Below are positions 38,714 through 52,147 of a DNA stretch of 64,000 nucleotides, in pieces. Under the pieces are notes generated by a model. It saw only the letters and a list, made by a program, of their open reading frames with translations, searched no databases and was not told the DNA's origin. The position numbers and the translations under genes are program-made. The stretch's first letter is position 1. Every line of letters begins with the position of its first letter. The DNA is from Octopus vulgaris (lineage: Eukaryota): the NCBI GenBank assembly GCA_951406725.2, contig OX597822.1:23126001-23190000 (forward strand), given 5' to 3'.

Positions 38714-39207
38714 TGGAGGCACAATGGCCCAGTGGTTAGGGCAGCAGACTCGCGGTTTCGATTCCCAGACCGGGCATTGTGAATGTTTATTGAGTGAAAA
38801 CACCTAAAGCTCCACGAGGGTCCGTCAGCAGATAGCAGTGAACCCTGCTGTACTCTTTCACCACAACTTTCTCTCACTCTTTCTTCCTGTTTCTGTTGTA
38901 CCTGTATTTCAAAGGGCCAGCCTTGTCACCCTCTCTGTCACGCTGAATCTCCCCGAGAACTACGTTACGGGTACACGTGTCTGTGGAGTACTCAGCCACT
39001 TGCACGTTAATAAATGAGCTACTGCGTCACTGGTGCCAAGCTGCATCGGCCTTTGCCTTTCCCTTGGATAACATCGGTAGCATGGAGAGGGGAGACTGAT
39101 ATACATGGGCGACTGCTGGTCTTCCATAAACAACCTTGCCCAGACTTGTACCTCGGAGGGTAACTTTCTAGGTGCAATCCCATGGTCATTCATGACCGAA
39201 GGGGGTC

Positions 39208-39208
<1 letters not shown>
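38714..39208 (+). mobile_element. tRNA-derived SINE head I + tail X fused to tail Z
   Basis: TGGCCCAGTGGTTAGG (A box)...GGTTTCGATTCCC (B box); tails shared with head-J elements at 35250-35965 and 53683-53968. Confidence 0.8.
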
Positions 39209-39249
<41 letters not shown>

Positions 39250-40188
39250 GAAAAAAGGAAAACCTTTGCTGCAGCGCAGCTAATTAGAGTTCTATATGAG
39301 CAAAATATAACATAAATCCAAGTGGATTCATCGGAATACTAGGTTTCAAGCGTTCCAGTATTACAATCTAAAGGAAAGCAGTTGTACAAAACCTAGAGAT
39401 AGTTTCGGAGAATGCGTTTTCCAGCCGGTACAAATACTCGCATTTCCCTCATCAGAGATACAACAAAATCGATTAAAACAGTTTTAAAATTTGATAAAGT
39501 TTAAAATATCTCCTACTTATAGAACTTGAAATCATATCAAATAACGTTAGTTTTTTTTTTTAATGTTATAGTTTCTTTTAAAAAAGTTCACAAGGATATA
39601 GAAAAATGCTTTGTGAAGTGAAAAAAGGTTGTGAAATAAAAATATTGCGTGAATGAAAATAAAAATATTTGTAAAAATAAAATGACGGATGCTATATCAG
39701 ATGAGAAAGGAATGAAGACTTAAATTCATGTTTTATATATATATATATATATATATGTGTATATATATAGGGTAATGTGATCGGAAAAGATTCTGGCATC
39801 AGGCTTGTAGACAGCTTGTACTGGTGACACAAAGTGGCTAATAGATCATATAGAAAGTATAATAAATAACATATGTTATACACTTTGCCCTACATCAAAA
39901 TTCATGGAAATCTCAATAAGTTGACAGCCACCACTGAAGGTCTAGCAACAATAACTACTAAATATGCAAATATAAATCAAAGAATGCAAAGAACAGAAAA
40001 GGTAAATAAAGATTACATAGGTTATTACCAGGAGGTACAATGGCCCAGTGGTTAGGGAAGTGAACTTGCAGTCGTAGGATCGCAGTTTCTATTCCCAGAT
40101 CAGGCGTTGTAAGTGTTTATTGAGCAAAAACACCAAAACATCCACAATCAACTGGAACCCTTGTCATCAAAACATTATGATTATATCT

Positions 40189-40604
40189 AGGCGCAGAAGT
40201 GGCTGTGTGGTAAGTAGCTTGCTTACCAACCACATGGTTCTGGGTTCAGTCCCACTGCGTGGAAACTTGGGCAAGTGTCTTCTACTGTAGCCTCGGGCCA
40301 ACCAAAGCCTAGTGAGTGGATTTGATAGACGGAAACTGAAAGAAGCCCATCGTATATATGTATATGTATATATATATATATGTGTGTGTGTGTTTGTGTG
40401 TCTGTGTTTGTCCCCACCAACATTGCTTGACAACCGACGCTGGTGTGTTTACGCTCCCCGTAACTTAGCAGTTTGGCAAAAGACACCAATAGAATAAGTA
40501 CTAGGCTTACAAAGAATAAGTCCAGGGCTCGATTTGCTTGACTAAAGGCGGTGCTCCAGCATGGCCGCAGTCAAATGACTGAAACAAGTAAAAGAGTAAA
40601 AGAG
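40189..40604 (+). mobile_element. Full-length SINE family B
   Basis: AGGCGCAGAAGTGGCTGTGTGGTAAG...GGTTCAGTCCC, TTGGGCAAGTG CORE-like segment, internal (TA)n(TG)n, tail (GTAAAAGA)x2. Confidence 0.9.
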
Positions 40605-41362
40605 TTCAAATATAGTTGGGGCATATTCGAATCCATAAGAAAGCCATTCACTTTTTTTTACCATAGAGAAAATTTCTTGCTGTTGATAAATGGTGTAAAA
40701 ACACCTAAATCAGCTCACAGCACCAACTATTCAGACTGTGGTTTGCAAGCATTTCAGAGTAGTTATCTCCTCTTCAGTTACAGATACCAGTTTGCCTTTC
40801 TAATGGTATTCCCATCATTGTGCAATGACTGGAAGCACTAATTGGTGGCACTGTAAGTAGTGACAGTATTGGAAAACTGAAGGGTGTTTTGTTAACTTCA
40901 TGGGGCAAAAGAAGGACCAACAGGTAAAGAAGGATTAACAGGAAATCAGTACTGAAATAGTCATGATGTATGTATGCACTATCATGCACACAGTTACACA
41001 ATCACAATGAAATGACTGATCAGTTGAACATAAGATACACGAGAAATTTGATTCCCACTGAAGGTTTATGGTAAAGTAAAAATTTAGCAGCACAAAAATG
41101 GCTTTATATATAATATATATATATATATATTACTATAGCAACCAGATAAGTTTAGTAGGGTGCTTTTGTAAACTGCACTCAGGAATTTAAAAATAAAACG
41201 ATCATAAAATATATACAACACATTGCTGTACACAGCATCATACTCGTATACCTGCTGTGGGGTGGATCAACAGCTTACATTAAACAGAATGCCAAATCTA
41301 TTGAAGCTAAGTGCAGACAACAATTATTGCATACAGTCAGCTTAGCATATTAGTTTCCTACT

Positions 41363-41417
<55 letters not shown>

Positions 41418-43005
41418 GTATAAAATATGCTGTGGATTTTTGTTAAGCTGCTTTCCTGTTGTCTTGGAATAATAGCTGTTTTTAAAAATGGTTGTTGGCA
41501 TTTATCCCAACTTGTATAAAAAGGTTTATTTTTTTTTGTTTCATTTTTTTTATTTTTTGGGGTGGGGGTAATTGTTTTTATTCTTCTTCGTTTTTGCAAT
41601 TGCTCTCATAATAAGACTATTACTACCTGTCCTTTTGCTTATTGTGAATATCAAAAGGCAGAGGAGGACAGCTTGCTTATATCAAATTCATTCTGATATT
41701 TACTGAGTCTCCTGCGAAATCTGAAAAGTGGAAAAAACTGCATTTACGTCATTAGATTTATAAACACAAATGTCTTTTTTTTTTTCATTTTTTTATAGAT
41801 ATTTCCTATTGATCTAAGGAAATGTGACTTTGGTTATTCTTATAGGTCAGGCTTCCACTTGGTGGCCGACACCTGTTACGTGGGAGACAGCTGTATTACT
41901 GAGCCATCCATGTACCAGTATGTTTTAATCCTAAATACATATTTATTGACTAATTCTGTATCACCACCACCCTTTTAATGCCTACTTCTTTTTTTACTTT
42001 CATTCTAGTAAAGGTCACATGATCACCATAGCCAGTTCCAAGCCCGATTGAGAAAGGAGGTTGGGAAGGGGATAGAATATTGGGTTAGTAGCCCTGCACT
42101 ATCAATGCTTCACATTGCTATTGAAACACCAACAAGAAAACATGAAACGGGTCCTGGTAAGGAGAAGTAATCCTTAGAGATTGTATATGCAGTAATGTAG
42201 TGATAGCTGAAAGGAAATTATAATGTAGAACAATCATCACCAAGGACAACCATACTGCTGAGAACATGGAATATCAAGGCTATGTTCAAGACCAAATTCT
42301 AAGGAAGAAGATGGAAGCATGGCAAACCAAAAAACAAGATGACCCATAGAAAATGAAGCATTGACAGGTTTGCTTCACCTAGGGACAGCTGCAATCCATT
42401 GCTAGATGTCAAGACAGATGGGGATATCTTGTCTGTGCCCTATGCTTTACATGGAGTCAAAAGGAATTAAAGAAGGTAACATGAGACAAGTTTTTACCAA
42501 TACAATACAATTTCCCTTGCTCCTTTAAATGACAAAGTCACCAGCCGAATCAATTTTCACAGCAGAATTAAACCGACACTAACAGCATGGTGACGCTATA
42601 TGCAATATGCAAATGTCAAAACAAGGGGAAGGCCTTAACACATGCATACACATGGTGGGATTTTTATAGCTTCCATCACAAAGAATTAATTAGCCCAAAG
42701 GCTATAAGAGAAGACAACTATCAATAGAACCATGAAATGGGAATAAACCCTAAATCACATGACTGCAATGCATGAAACTAAACTATGTGCGTTTTCCACT
42801 GCCTCCTCTTTTTATGTTTGCTACCAACTACCTCTACCTCCATGATCCACTCCTATTTTCCTTTGCTTTCCTTCTAACTTTGATTCACAATTAACCATTC
42901 CTCAAGAAGATACTTGCCCAAAGTGTCATGAACTGGAACTTAAATACAAGATCACAGTTGGAAACAAGCATTTTAACCACAGAACCTTGCTTGTGTTTGT
43001 GCAGC

Positions 43006-43044
<39 letters not shown>

Positions 43045-44147
43045 CAGTAATAATAAAGGGTAAAATTAATTAATTAATTAGTAATTGATAATTCTACCAA
43101 GTAGTGATCAGTATGTTAAAAGGATCATTTACGATAAACTTAAACATTACTTTATATAATTATACTCATAATTATATAAGGTAATATATAATGCACAATA
43201 CATGGATTTTTTAATTAATTCGGTGGTACTCAGAAAAAAGCTCCTCCAGATGACTTTTTGTATAAGTATATTGGAATTGAAGAATGGATGTAACCCTGAT
43301 ATTCTATGGATCTGATGAGCTACCCTTCTATACTTGTATTAAGTTGGTAAAATGTACAATGGTACTATGTAATTTACAACATATACACTAGTGCAGACAT
43401 GTAAAATTTATTATAGACTAAAATGAATTATTTTCCCATGATTTTGGCTGCAAAATGATTGTAATCTTATTGTTATCAACTGGTGAAATAAATATATTTA
43501 TCTCATATTTCCTGACTTCCTTTATGCTCTCTCTCTCTCTCTCTCTGTATATATATATAGAATGGTTGTATACTGTCAATCTAACACGAACGTGACAGTA
43601 GGGGGGTTCACCACCGCTGTTTAGCCCTAGGAAGCATCGACGCCTCCTGATGGCTTTGACACATTTTTCCTGTGTCCTTATACACATTTACGTAGGGGAG
43701 ACAAATACCCCCAGCCACCAGGCTGCATCTAGGGACACGTGTTTCAGGATGATTGTCCTTCGTCGGTAGCAGACACCGGTCTATATATATAAAACTTTGG
43801 AACTTTGGGAGTGAAGGACACCCAGTTCTTGTTAGCACTTCCTTCTAGGAGGAAGTGACCTCATACAAAGAACTAAGTGCAGTTGGTTCCAGGTTGTCTC
43901 TACTCCGGCAGTGCCACTGGTTTTGTAGCTGACTGTACTGAAGAGTGGATTCTGTGCTGTGCAACACTTTATCCACTCAAAGCAAGTTCATGCAAAGGAA
44001 CTTCTTGGACTCCTGAAACATTTATATGAACCTACTGTGTTAAAGAAGTGGTCTTACATGCTGATGGGTCGACTTCTGCCATATATATATCACTTTGGAG
44101 AAGCAACCACAGCACCAATACTGTATATGTCAGAGATTAAATATATG

Positions 44148-44455
44148 TTGTTGTTGTTTGTTCCTTCTCGAGCCATGCCTGGCTCATAAGGGCCAGTTTC
44201 CCGGTTTCTTGGCGTATAGGTTCCCCACCTGGACAGGACGCCGGTCCATCGCAGGTGAGCTGCAAGATGCAGGAGGAAAGAGTGAGAGAAAGTTGTGGCG
44301 AGAATCAGCAGAAGTTTCGCCATTACCTTCGGCTGGAGCTGCGTGGAGCTTAGGTGTTTCGCTCATAAACACACACATCGCCTGGTCTGAGATTCGAACC
44401 CGCGATCCCTCGACCGTAAGTCTGCTGCTCTAACCACTAGGCCATGTGCCTCCAC
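44148..44455 (-). mobile_element. SINE head I + tail W, (AAC)n end
   Basis: Minus strand TGGAGGCACATGGCCTAGTGGTTAG...GGTTCGAATCTC...CACCTAAGCTCCAC...CCTGCGATGGACCGGCGTCCTGTCCAGG...GAACAAACAACAAC. Confidence 0.8.
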
Positions 44456-45719
44456 TGAGATTAAATATATGAAAAAACGGATGGACAATAAACACTGATT
44501 CCAAGTTTTATGCAAGAGAGCTTCAAAATAATCGGTTTTCAGCATAAAACTGACAATCGATATTGATATGAAACAAGACTGGATGTAATGAACTTAAGAG
44601 AATTAGAGCGAGAAGAATTCAAATGCCAAAGGAAAACTGAAACGATTTATACAAGATCTATGCTAGAAGAACTGTAAAGAATCTGTAACTAAAAAGTACA
44701 GCATACAGCATGGCCTATGAACAGAATGAAAAAGGACTGGTTGTGAAGTCTTCAGTTTGTTAAATGTTAGTCTTGTACTTGACCAAAAAAAAAAAAAAAC
44801 CCAAAAAAACCAAAAGATTAAGGTTCAGTAAAAAATTGGCGAAGCATCTACAGACAATACTGTAATATGAAGACAATGATAGAATGAACCAAATTCTTGG
44901 GATTTACCTGCAATACTGACTTTATCCTGATAAATATACCAAGATGAGTTTATCAGGACAGTAAAGATTAAGTAAATTCTGGGTTAAACCTTTAGCATTT
45001 AAACTGACCATATCCAACCTCTCACACCTACCCTACTATGTCATTCTAAAAATGAACAATCACATCATTGAAATTTCATAGCTATGAAATAATGCATGAT
45101 TGAGTCAAAACAATGTAAATAACTATGCATTAGATTTGACAGAGTAATCTGAATGTTAAGTGATGGGGGAAAAAAAAGGTTTTGTCTTAATCTAAACATC
45201 ACTTCAACTCCAAGTTTTCCAAGAGGAATTGTGAAGAATTCATCATCATCATCATCGTTTAACGTCCGCTTTCCATGCTAAATTTCAAATTTAGGCAGAA
45301 GAGCAGCAAAACAGGTAAACTGTATTTTGTCTTCTCATAAATAAAGATGGGAGACGAGGAGCAAAAATGCTCCAAATATCAAGGTGGAAGAGGTGGCTAG
45401 CATTCATTAGTTTAAGAGCCACTGCTCTAAGGCATGAAGTCCAACACTTCACTATTGTTTTCTTATTCATTTGTATAGTGAGTTCTTATTATGTAGTGGT
45501 AGCTATATAAGGATGGAATCTTTTAGATAATAATGGTTTCAAATTTTGGTACATGCCCAGCAAATTCAGGGGAGGGTTAAGTCGATTACATCAACCCTTG
45601 TTTGCTACTGGTACTTATTTGATCAACTCCAAAAGGACGAAAGACAAAGTTGACCTCGGCAGAATTTGAAAATAAAGACAGACAAAATGCTAAGCATTTT
45701 GCCTGGTGTGCTAATGATT

Positions 45720-46139
45720 CTTATTTCTTTATTGCCCACAAGGGGCTAAACATAGAGGGGACAAACAAGGACAGACATAGGTATAAAGTCGATTACATTG
45801 ACCCCAGTGCGTACCTGGTACTTAATTTATCGACCCCGAAAGGATGAACGGCAAAGTCAACCTTGGCGGAATTTGAACTCAGAACGTAACGGCAGACGAA
45901 ATACCTATTTCTATTTCTTTACTACCCACAAGGGGCTAAACACAGAGGGGACAAACAAGGACAGACACACGGATTAAGTTGATTACATCAACCCCAATGC
46001 GTAACTGGTACTTAATTTATCGACTCCGAAAGGATGAAAGGCAAAGTCGACCTCGGCGGAATTTGAACTCAGAACATAACGGCAGACGAAATACCGCTAA
46101 GCATTTCGTCCGGCGTGCTATTCTGCCGCTCACCGCCTT
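45720..46139 (-). mobile_element. SINE family A dimer, inserted next to an older A-like copy (45530-45720)
   Basis: Two ~190-bp units joined at ..AAGAAATAG|GTATTTCGTCTGCCG... Confidence 0.85.
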
Positions 46140-46699
46140 TCTTTTAGATAATAATAACCACTGATAACATTAAACAAAGGCTTTATCAATATCCTAAGCT
46201 TGTTCAGGAACATTGGTCTTTGATAGTAATAACTGTTTGATAACATTATGCAAATTTTTATTGGTAGCTCCTCCTTGATGATAATCATCATCATTTTCAC
46301 AAACTTTTCTATGCTTGCATGGCTCAAACAGAATTCATTAAGGCAGGTTTTTTACAACCAGATGCCCTTTTTGTCACCAACCCTCACTTCTTTCTAAGCA
46401 AGGTAATATGTCTTTTTGATCAAGGACAGCACATATGCTGGTGACATTCATTTACACCCATCATGCAATGTCAAGATGAAGAGTTAAACACACACACACA
46501 CGAAATGGGCTTTTTTCAGTTTCCATTAAGCCACACAATGAGACTGAATCTGAAACCATGCAGTTGGGAAGCAAACTTTTTAACCACACAGCTATGCCTG
46601 CAACTAGCCATGCTTGCACCTACATATGTGCATGTGTGTGTGTGTGTGTGTGTTCGTCTCTTTTGCTCACTGCTTGATGATAATTGTATATGCTTATGA

Positions 46700-46920
46700 A
46701 AGGCGGTGAGCTGGCAGAAACGTTAGCATATCAGGCGAAATGCTTGGCAGTATTTCGTCTGCCGTTACGTTCTGAATTCAAATTCTGCCGAGGTTGACTT
46801 TGCCTTTCATCCTTTCGGGGTCGATAAATTAAGTACCAGTTACGCACTGGGGTCGATGTAATCGACTTAATCCGTGTGTCTGTCCTTGTTTGTCCCCTCT
46901 ATGTGGGTATGAAAGAAATA
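46700..46920 (+). mobile_element. SINE family A monomer inserted in a family-B copy
   Basis: Family A sequence flanked by an imperfect duplication of TGTAT(A/G)TGCTTATGA. Confidence 0.8.
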
Positions 46921-48147
46921 TGTATGTGCTTATGATCCCCATAACTTAGTGGTTCAGCAAAAAAAGAATGGCAAAAGAGTAAGTACTGGAAACAATTTGT
47001 TTGACTAAACCCTTCAAGGTAGCGCTTCAACATGATTGCAATCTAACGCCTGTAAAGAAGCCAGAACAAAAAAGAAGAAAGAAAGAAAAAAAAAAGAATA
47101 CACCAACGCAAATAGATACCCACACACAAAAACAAAATAAAAAACAGATACGACTGAACAGAAGTTGCGTTGCACCAGGAATATGAGAAAATGGAGGAAC
47201 AAGATCTCATAAGGAGGCTACTGTTAAAAGGGAGAATATAATCAATCAACTTGGCTTATTTTTATCTTATATTTTTCTTGTCAATTTTCTTTTTTTTTTT
47301 TTTTTGGTGTGTTATCTGACCAGCTATTGGAACAGTGGTCATTGATCTGTTTGCTATCTAATACACCGACAAGGATGAAGAAAGACTAAAGAAAAAGATG
47401 GTCGCAGTTTGTATATTGTTCTAGATATAGTTATGTTCTACATTCTAGCTATTGTCTGACACAGCTAATATCAAACATCAAACAAACAATCATATGCGGT
47501 TGCTTCTCTTCCAGACATATATTCTAGACATATTTTAACATGATATTAATGGCTGCTGAACTAGCAATTTCACTATGGTGAACAGTTGGTTTTCTGGGGG
47601 GGAGAAAGGAGGGGCGAAAAAGATGCACGCATGCACTCACACACACACACACACAGAGCAGTTTTCTATTTTAGGTATATTTATAAGCTTTAGCAAAATA
47701 AAATACACAAGAATCCTTTTGTGTACCCACACACAGAGAATAACAGCACTTTGATTCCTAAACCAGGTAGAGCATTGATTTCTTGGGCAAGACACTTCAG
47801 GGCCTGATTGAACGATAGTGTTTCTGTCACAAAAGGAAACTGGAGTAAAATATATGCAATGTGGCTATTTACAATAAACCTTATTGAAGGAAATAAGAGG
47901 CCATTAACTGACCTATGCTACAATAGTTTTCCATCTTTGGCCCTTATTTAATAATCAGACTTTGTAAGTTCTCATAGAAGGACCAGATGGTCAGTTAATA
48001 ACCTCTAAGTTCCTTCAACAGTATTTGTTATAAATCTGTGGTTAATAACCATTTTTCGCCTATAAACCCCTTTGATTCCTATTTTATTCCACTGGACCTC
48101 CATAGCCATTTGATGTATGTAAAAAAAATTTTAAAAAGTGAGGTAAC

Positions 48148-48538
48148 TCTCTATATATAAAACTGAAGTTGTCTGTGTATGGCAGGTTTGGCAGCCTTCA
48201 ACTAACACTATCTCCGCCAAGACCCTGCGGCATAAGTTAACCAAAATTGAGAGTATGATAGAAGAAGGCTTACTCTTCCTTCCGTAGAAGAAAAAATACA
48301 AATCGGACCATGTTAACACCAAAAATTATTTACATCAAAAAGGTGCTTTTTTTCTATGAAAATCCCTATTTTTTTACAACTTTTTGACTGCTGTGTCGCC
48401 ATTTTTTGGTGTATTTCAATCAGAAAAATGTTCACTTAAACAGAATAACAAGCTACATAATACAAAATTTTTACTTTTCAAAAATTCCAATTCTAAAGGG
48501 TCGAAACAAACCCGAGCAACGCTGGGCGATACTACTAG
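48148..48538 (+). mobile_element. Non-autonomous Helitron H2
   Basis: TCTCTATATATAAAACTGAAG...CCCGAGCAACGCTGGGCGATACTACTAG|T; reverse-complement homolog of 24350-24745. Confidence 0.85.
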
Positions 48539-49644
48539 TGTATGATAAATTCAAAGCAATGTGAATAAATAAGAATCATATTTGACAGAATAATCTGAAT
48601 GCTACAAGGGTTAATGCAGTCAATGGTTTTCTAAACAACACACCTAATTTTGGTTGGATGTACTAATTCCTAAATGCATACACACAATTACAATGAGGTT
48701 TTTTCAGTTTCTGTCTACCAAATCTTCTCACAAGGCTTTGGGTGGCCTGGACTATAATAGAAGGCATCTTCTCAAGGCGCCATGCAGTGGGACTGCACTT
48801 CTTAAGCAAACCATACTCACTTAATGGTGACAGTTGGAGATAGAATCACAGGTGGTGTATTGTGCTGTTGTATTTGCACAGGGTTTGTTGGTTTCAGCAT
48901 AAACAAGGAAAGTGGAATGGTGTAAAGGAAACGCTAGTTGGAACTATTGAGATCTAATTTACCAGAAACAAATATTCTAAGAAAAGAAAAAAGAAAACAA
49001 AACAAAAGAAATGCAAATAACCCAAAGAGTGACACTTCCACATTTGCAATTCTTTGTATTTGGTGCAGATGTGGTTCTGTGGTTAAGAAGCTTGCTTCTG
49101 AATCATGTGTTCTAAGGTTCAGTCCCACAGTATGGTACAGTGGACATGTGTGTTCTACTATAACTTGAAACTGACCAAAGTCTTGCAAATGGATTTGGCA
49201 GATAGAAACTGAAAGAAGCTAGTTGTATATCTTTTATCTTTTGTTTTAGTCATTAGATTGTGGCCATGCTGGGGCACCACCTCGAAGAATTTTAGCCGAA
49301 TGAATTGATCCCAGTACTTTTTCTTTGAAGCCTGGTACTTACTTACTTACAGTATCTTTTGCCAGGGAACGTAAACACACCAACACAAGCTGTCAAGAAA
49401 TACTAGGGGAACAAACACAGGCGCACACACACATACACAACAGGCTTCTTTCAGTTTTCACTTACCAAATCCACTTATAAGGCCTGAAGCTATAGTAGAA
49501 GACACTTGCCCAAGGAGGTGCAAAAGGACTGAACCTAGAACCTGGTTGGGAAGCATACTTCTTACCAGAGAGCCTACTGCTTATGGGTGTGTGTATAAAT
49601 ATGTATAAGTATATGTATAAATATGTATAAGTATATATATATAT

Positions 49645-49928
49645 CACCGTGATTGACCAAGCTATCAGATGTTACTACACATCGCTGGTCACAATGCGCT
49701 TCGCATTGTTTTAGCCTTCAAATGATGCCACCCCGCTGGCTAAGTGAGCAGGTCAATAGAAGAAAGAGTAAGAGAAAGTTGTGGCGAAAGAATACGTCAG
49801 GGATTGCCACCACCCCCTGCCGGAGCCTTGTGGAGCTTTTAGGTGTTTTCACTCAATAAACACACACAACGACTGGCCTGGGAATTGAAACCGCAATCCT
49901 ACGACCGCGAATCCACTGCCCTAACCAT
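49645..49928 (-). mobile_element. SINE head I + tail Y
   Basis: Minus strand TGGTTAGGGCAGTGGATTCGCGGTCGTAGG...CACCTAAAAGCTCCAC...GGTGGCATCATTTGAAGGCTA. Confidence 0.75.
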
Positions 49929-51756
49929 ATATATATATATATATTATATATATATATATACACACACACATACGTGTATGTGTAAAAATGCTCCAGCTTT
50001 ATGAAGAAGCTGATTGATGCTATGTATCAACAATGTATTGTATGTAAGGCTATAAACCTTGAATAAACAAGTATGAGATCAAACAAACATACAGGCATTA
50101 AGAGGAATAAGACTAGGAAACCTGTACATGGGATGTTAGCACCAAAAGAAAAAAAATCTAGACTGCTACTATAAGCCACTATACACAAAGTGTGTGTATG
50201 TGTGTGTGTACATATATATATATATACACATTTATATGTGCATGTGTATGCACATATATATATATAAATGTATATGCACCCTCTCTCTCTCTCTCTCTCT
50301 CACACATACGTATATGCACTTCATTAGAATCTAAAAAGAGTGGGAGTCCAAGGGAGACTAGACGACAGCAGACAGTATCAATAACATATCCGGCATACTG
50401 AATCTGCAGGTTCCATCTCCGGACATAAAGTAGTAGTAGTAGTAGTGGTGGTGGGGAGGTGATCAGCTAGCTCCGTGCCAGGAGCCTGAATCAGCAGAAG
50501 TGACTGGAGAATGTAACAACAACAACAGCAGCAAATATGCAGACTGTGTCGCAATACTCCATTGATTTTTGTTGTTGTTGTTGTTGCTGCTGTTGTAGGT
50601 TTTTACAGATAAATCAGAAAGCGTTTTGTATGAAATATTTTCCACTTCCTACTGGAAGAAGAAAACGAAGGAAAAAAAAAGATAAATAAAAATAAATAAA
50701 ACTAAAATTATATTAATAAATATGATGAATACACCAGGGAACATGGACGGAAGAGCTGTCTTGTATATTGGATTTTTATGCTGGTGATAAAACAGATAAC
50801 AATGTTGGAGTTTGTTATGAAAGGATATAGACACAGTTATATATTTCCCTCCTGTTTCTAAGTGTGTGCCAAACGACAAAGTGAAGGGAAGTGAGAGTGA
50901 GAAAATGGTGGGAAAATATCAAGGGGATGCCTTATGCAACACCATTGTTTCCTATCCTAGTGACCACCACCATCTTCAATGAAAAACCAAATTGGCTCTT
51001 CTTAAGTTTTCTTTAGTGGCAGTTAACCCTTTTTTTAAAACCAAATTTCTATTGAAGTGCACTGCCTTTGTTTCAATGAATTTAAAAAATAATGATGAAT
51101 TTAGGGATAATATCCAGTTGGTTAGACTCAGAAATCTAGCCAGAAAGTCTAATGATTGTTACTTCTGATAGGAGCTTATGGAGGAGGTGCCTGAGGAATT
51201 AAGTAAACTAATTATGCCATTAGAACATCAATGAACATGAAATTTTGATGGAAGGATTTAATTTAAATCCCGTTAAAACAGGAAATTTATATCAGAGGGC
51301 CATGAGCAGTCCCAGCTCGGTTGGTATTGAAAGGGTTAAAGGCAGGTCAATTTGAACTCAACCAAATTTAGTTGGTTAGTTTCATCAGACATGAATTAAT
51401 GTCAGTTTGGAAGCAGATACCAACATCTAATTTCTAATTTGAAAATATCTACGATTAGTAAATCCATCCTGCATACTGGACAGCAGTTTTCCTGTATTCT
51501 TGGTTAGTTACATGTTTTTGTTTCCACAAGTGTCTACTGACAGCCTTCACTTTCCACCTGTAAAGTCCAACACCACATGTCTTGAATTCCTAGTATTCAC
51601 TAAAATGAATTTTAGTGCCACCAGGTGATGCTAGCACTGAATGTAAAACCATCACACTAAACTTAAGGAGCTGAAAATTGTAGTTACAAAAAAATAACAC
51701 AAACCTTATAATTATGATCAATATTATAACACACAAGACCTATGATTCATTTAGAT

Positions 51757-52147
51757 CAGTGGTTCTCAACTGGGATCCAGATGGCCCCTTGAAGGTCCAT
51801 ATAAGATTTTTGAGGGTCCACGTAACAAAATAGTAAATTGAGGATCCACAATAATATTTTTTAAGAACTTTTGCTTTATATGTATATAGAAAGATTTTGC
51901 TTTATATGTATATAGAAAGATTTTGCTTTATATGTATATAGTGGTATTTATTGCAAGAAACAGCTAGATTTCTTTCTCTAACATTTTTCACAGTTCAGCC
52001 TACACAAGTTAATGTGTGAACAACAAAATAAGAATTTTGAAAGAAGTTTCTATAAAACTAGTTTCTAAACATTGAATAGTTATGGGGTCCACCAAAACAA
52101 AAAAATAGTAATGAAAGGGGTGGATAAAAAATGGTTGAGAATCCCTG
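51757..52147. mobile_element. hAT (Charlie-like) MITE
   Basis: TIRs CAGTGGTTCTCAAC / GTTGAGAATCCCTG; 8-bp TSD ATTTAGAT at 51749-51756 and 52148-52155. Confidence 0.85.

Noticed and set aside
38332-38877. 181-aa ORF, the longest in the track
   Set aside because: Antisense read-through of SINE-I, SINE-D and microsatellites.
40189-40262. tRNA genes at A/B-box-containing heads
   Set aside because: The heads continue into multi-copy SINE bodies and I could not fold a proper cloverleaf acceptor stem, so they are treated as SINE heads.
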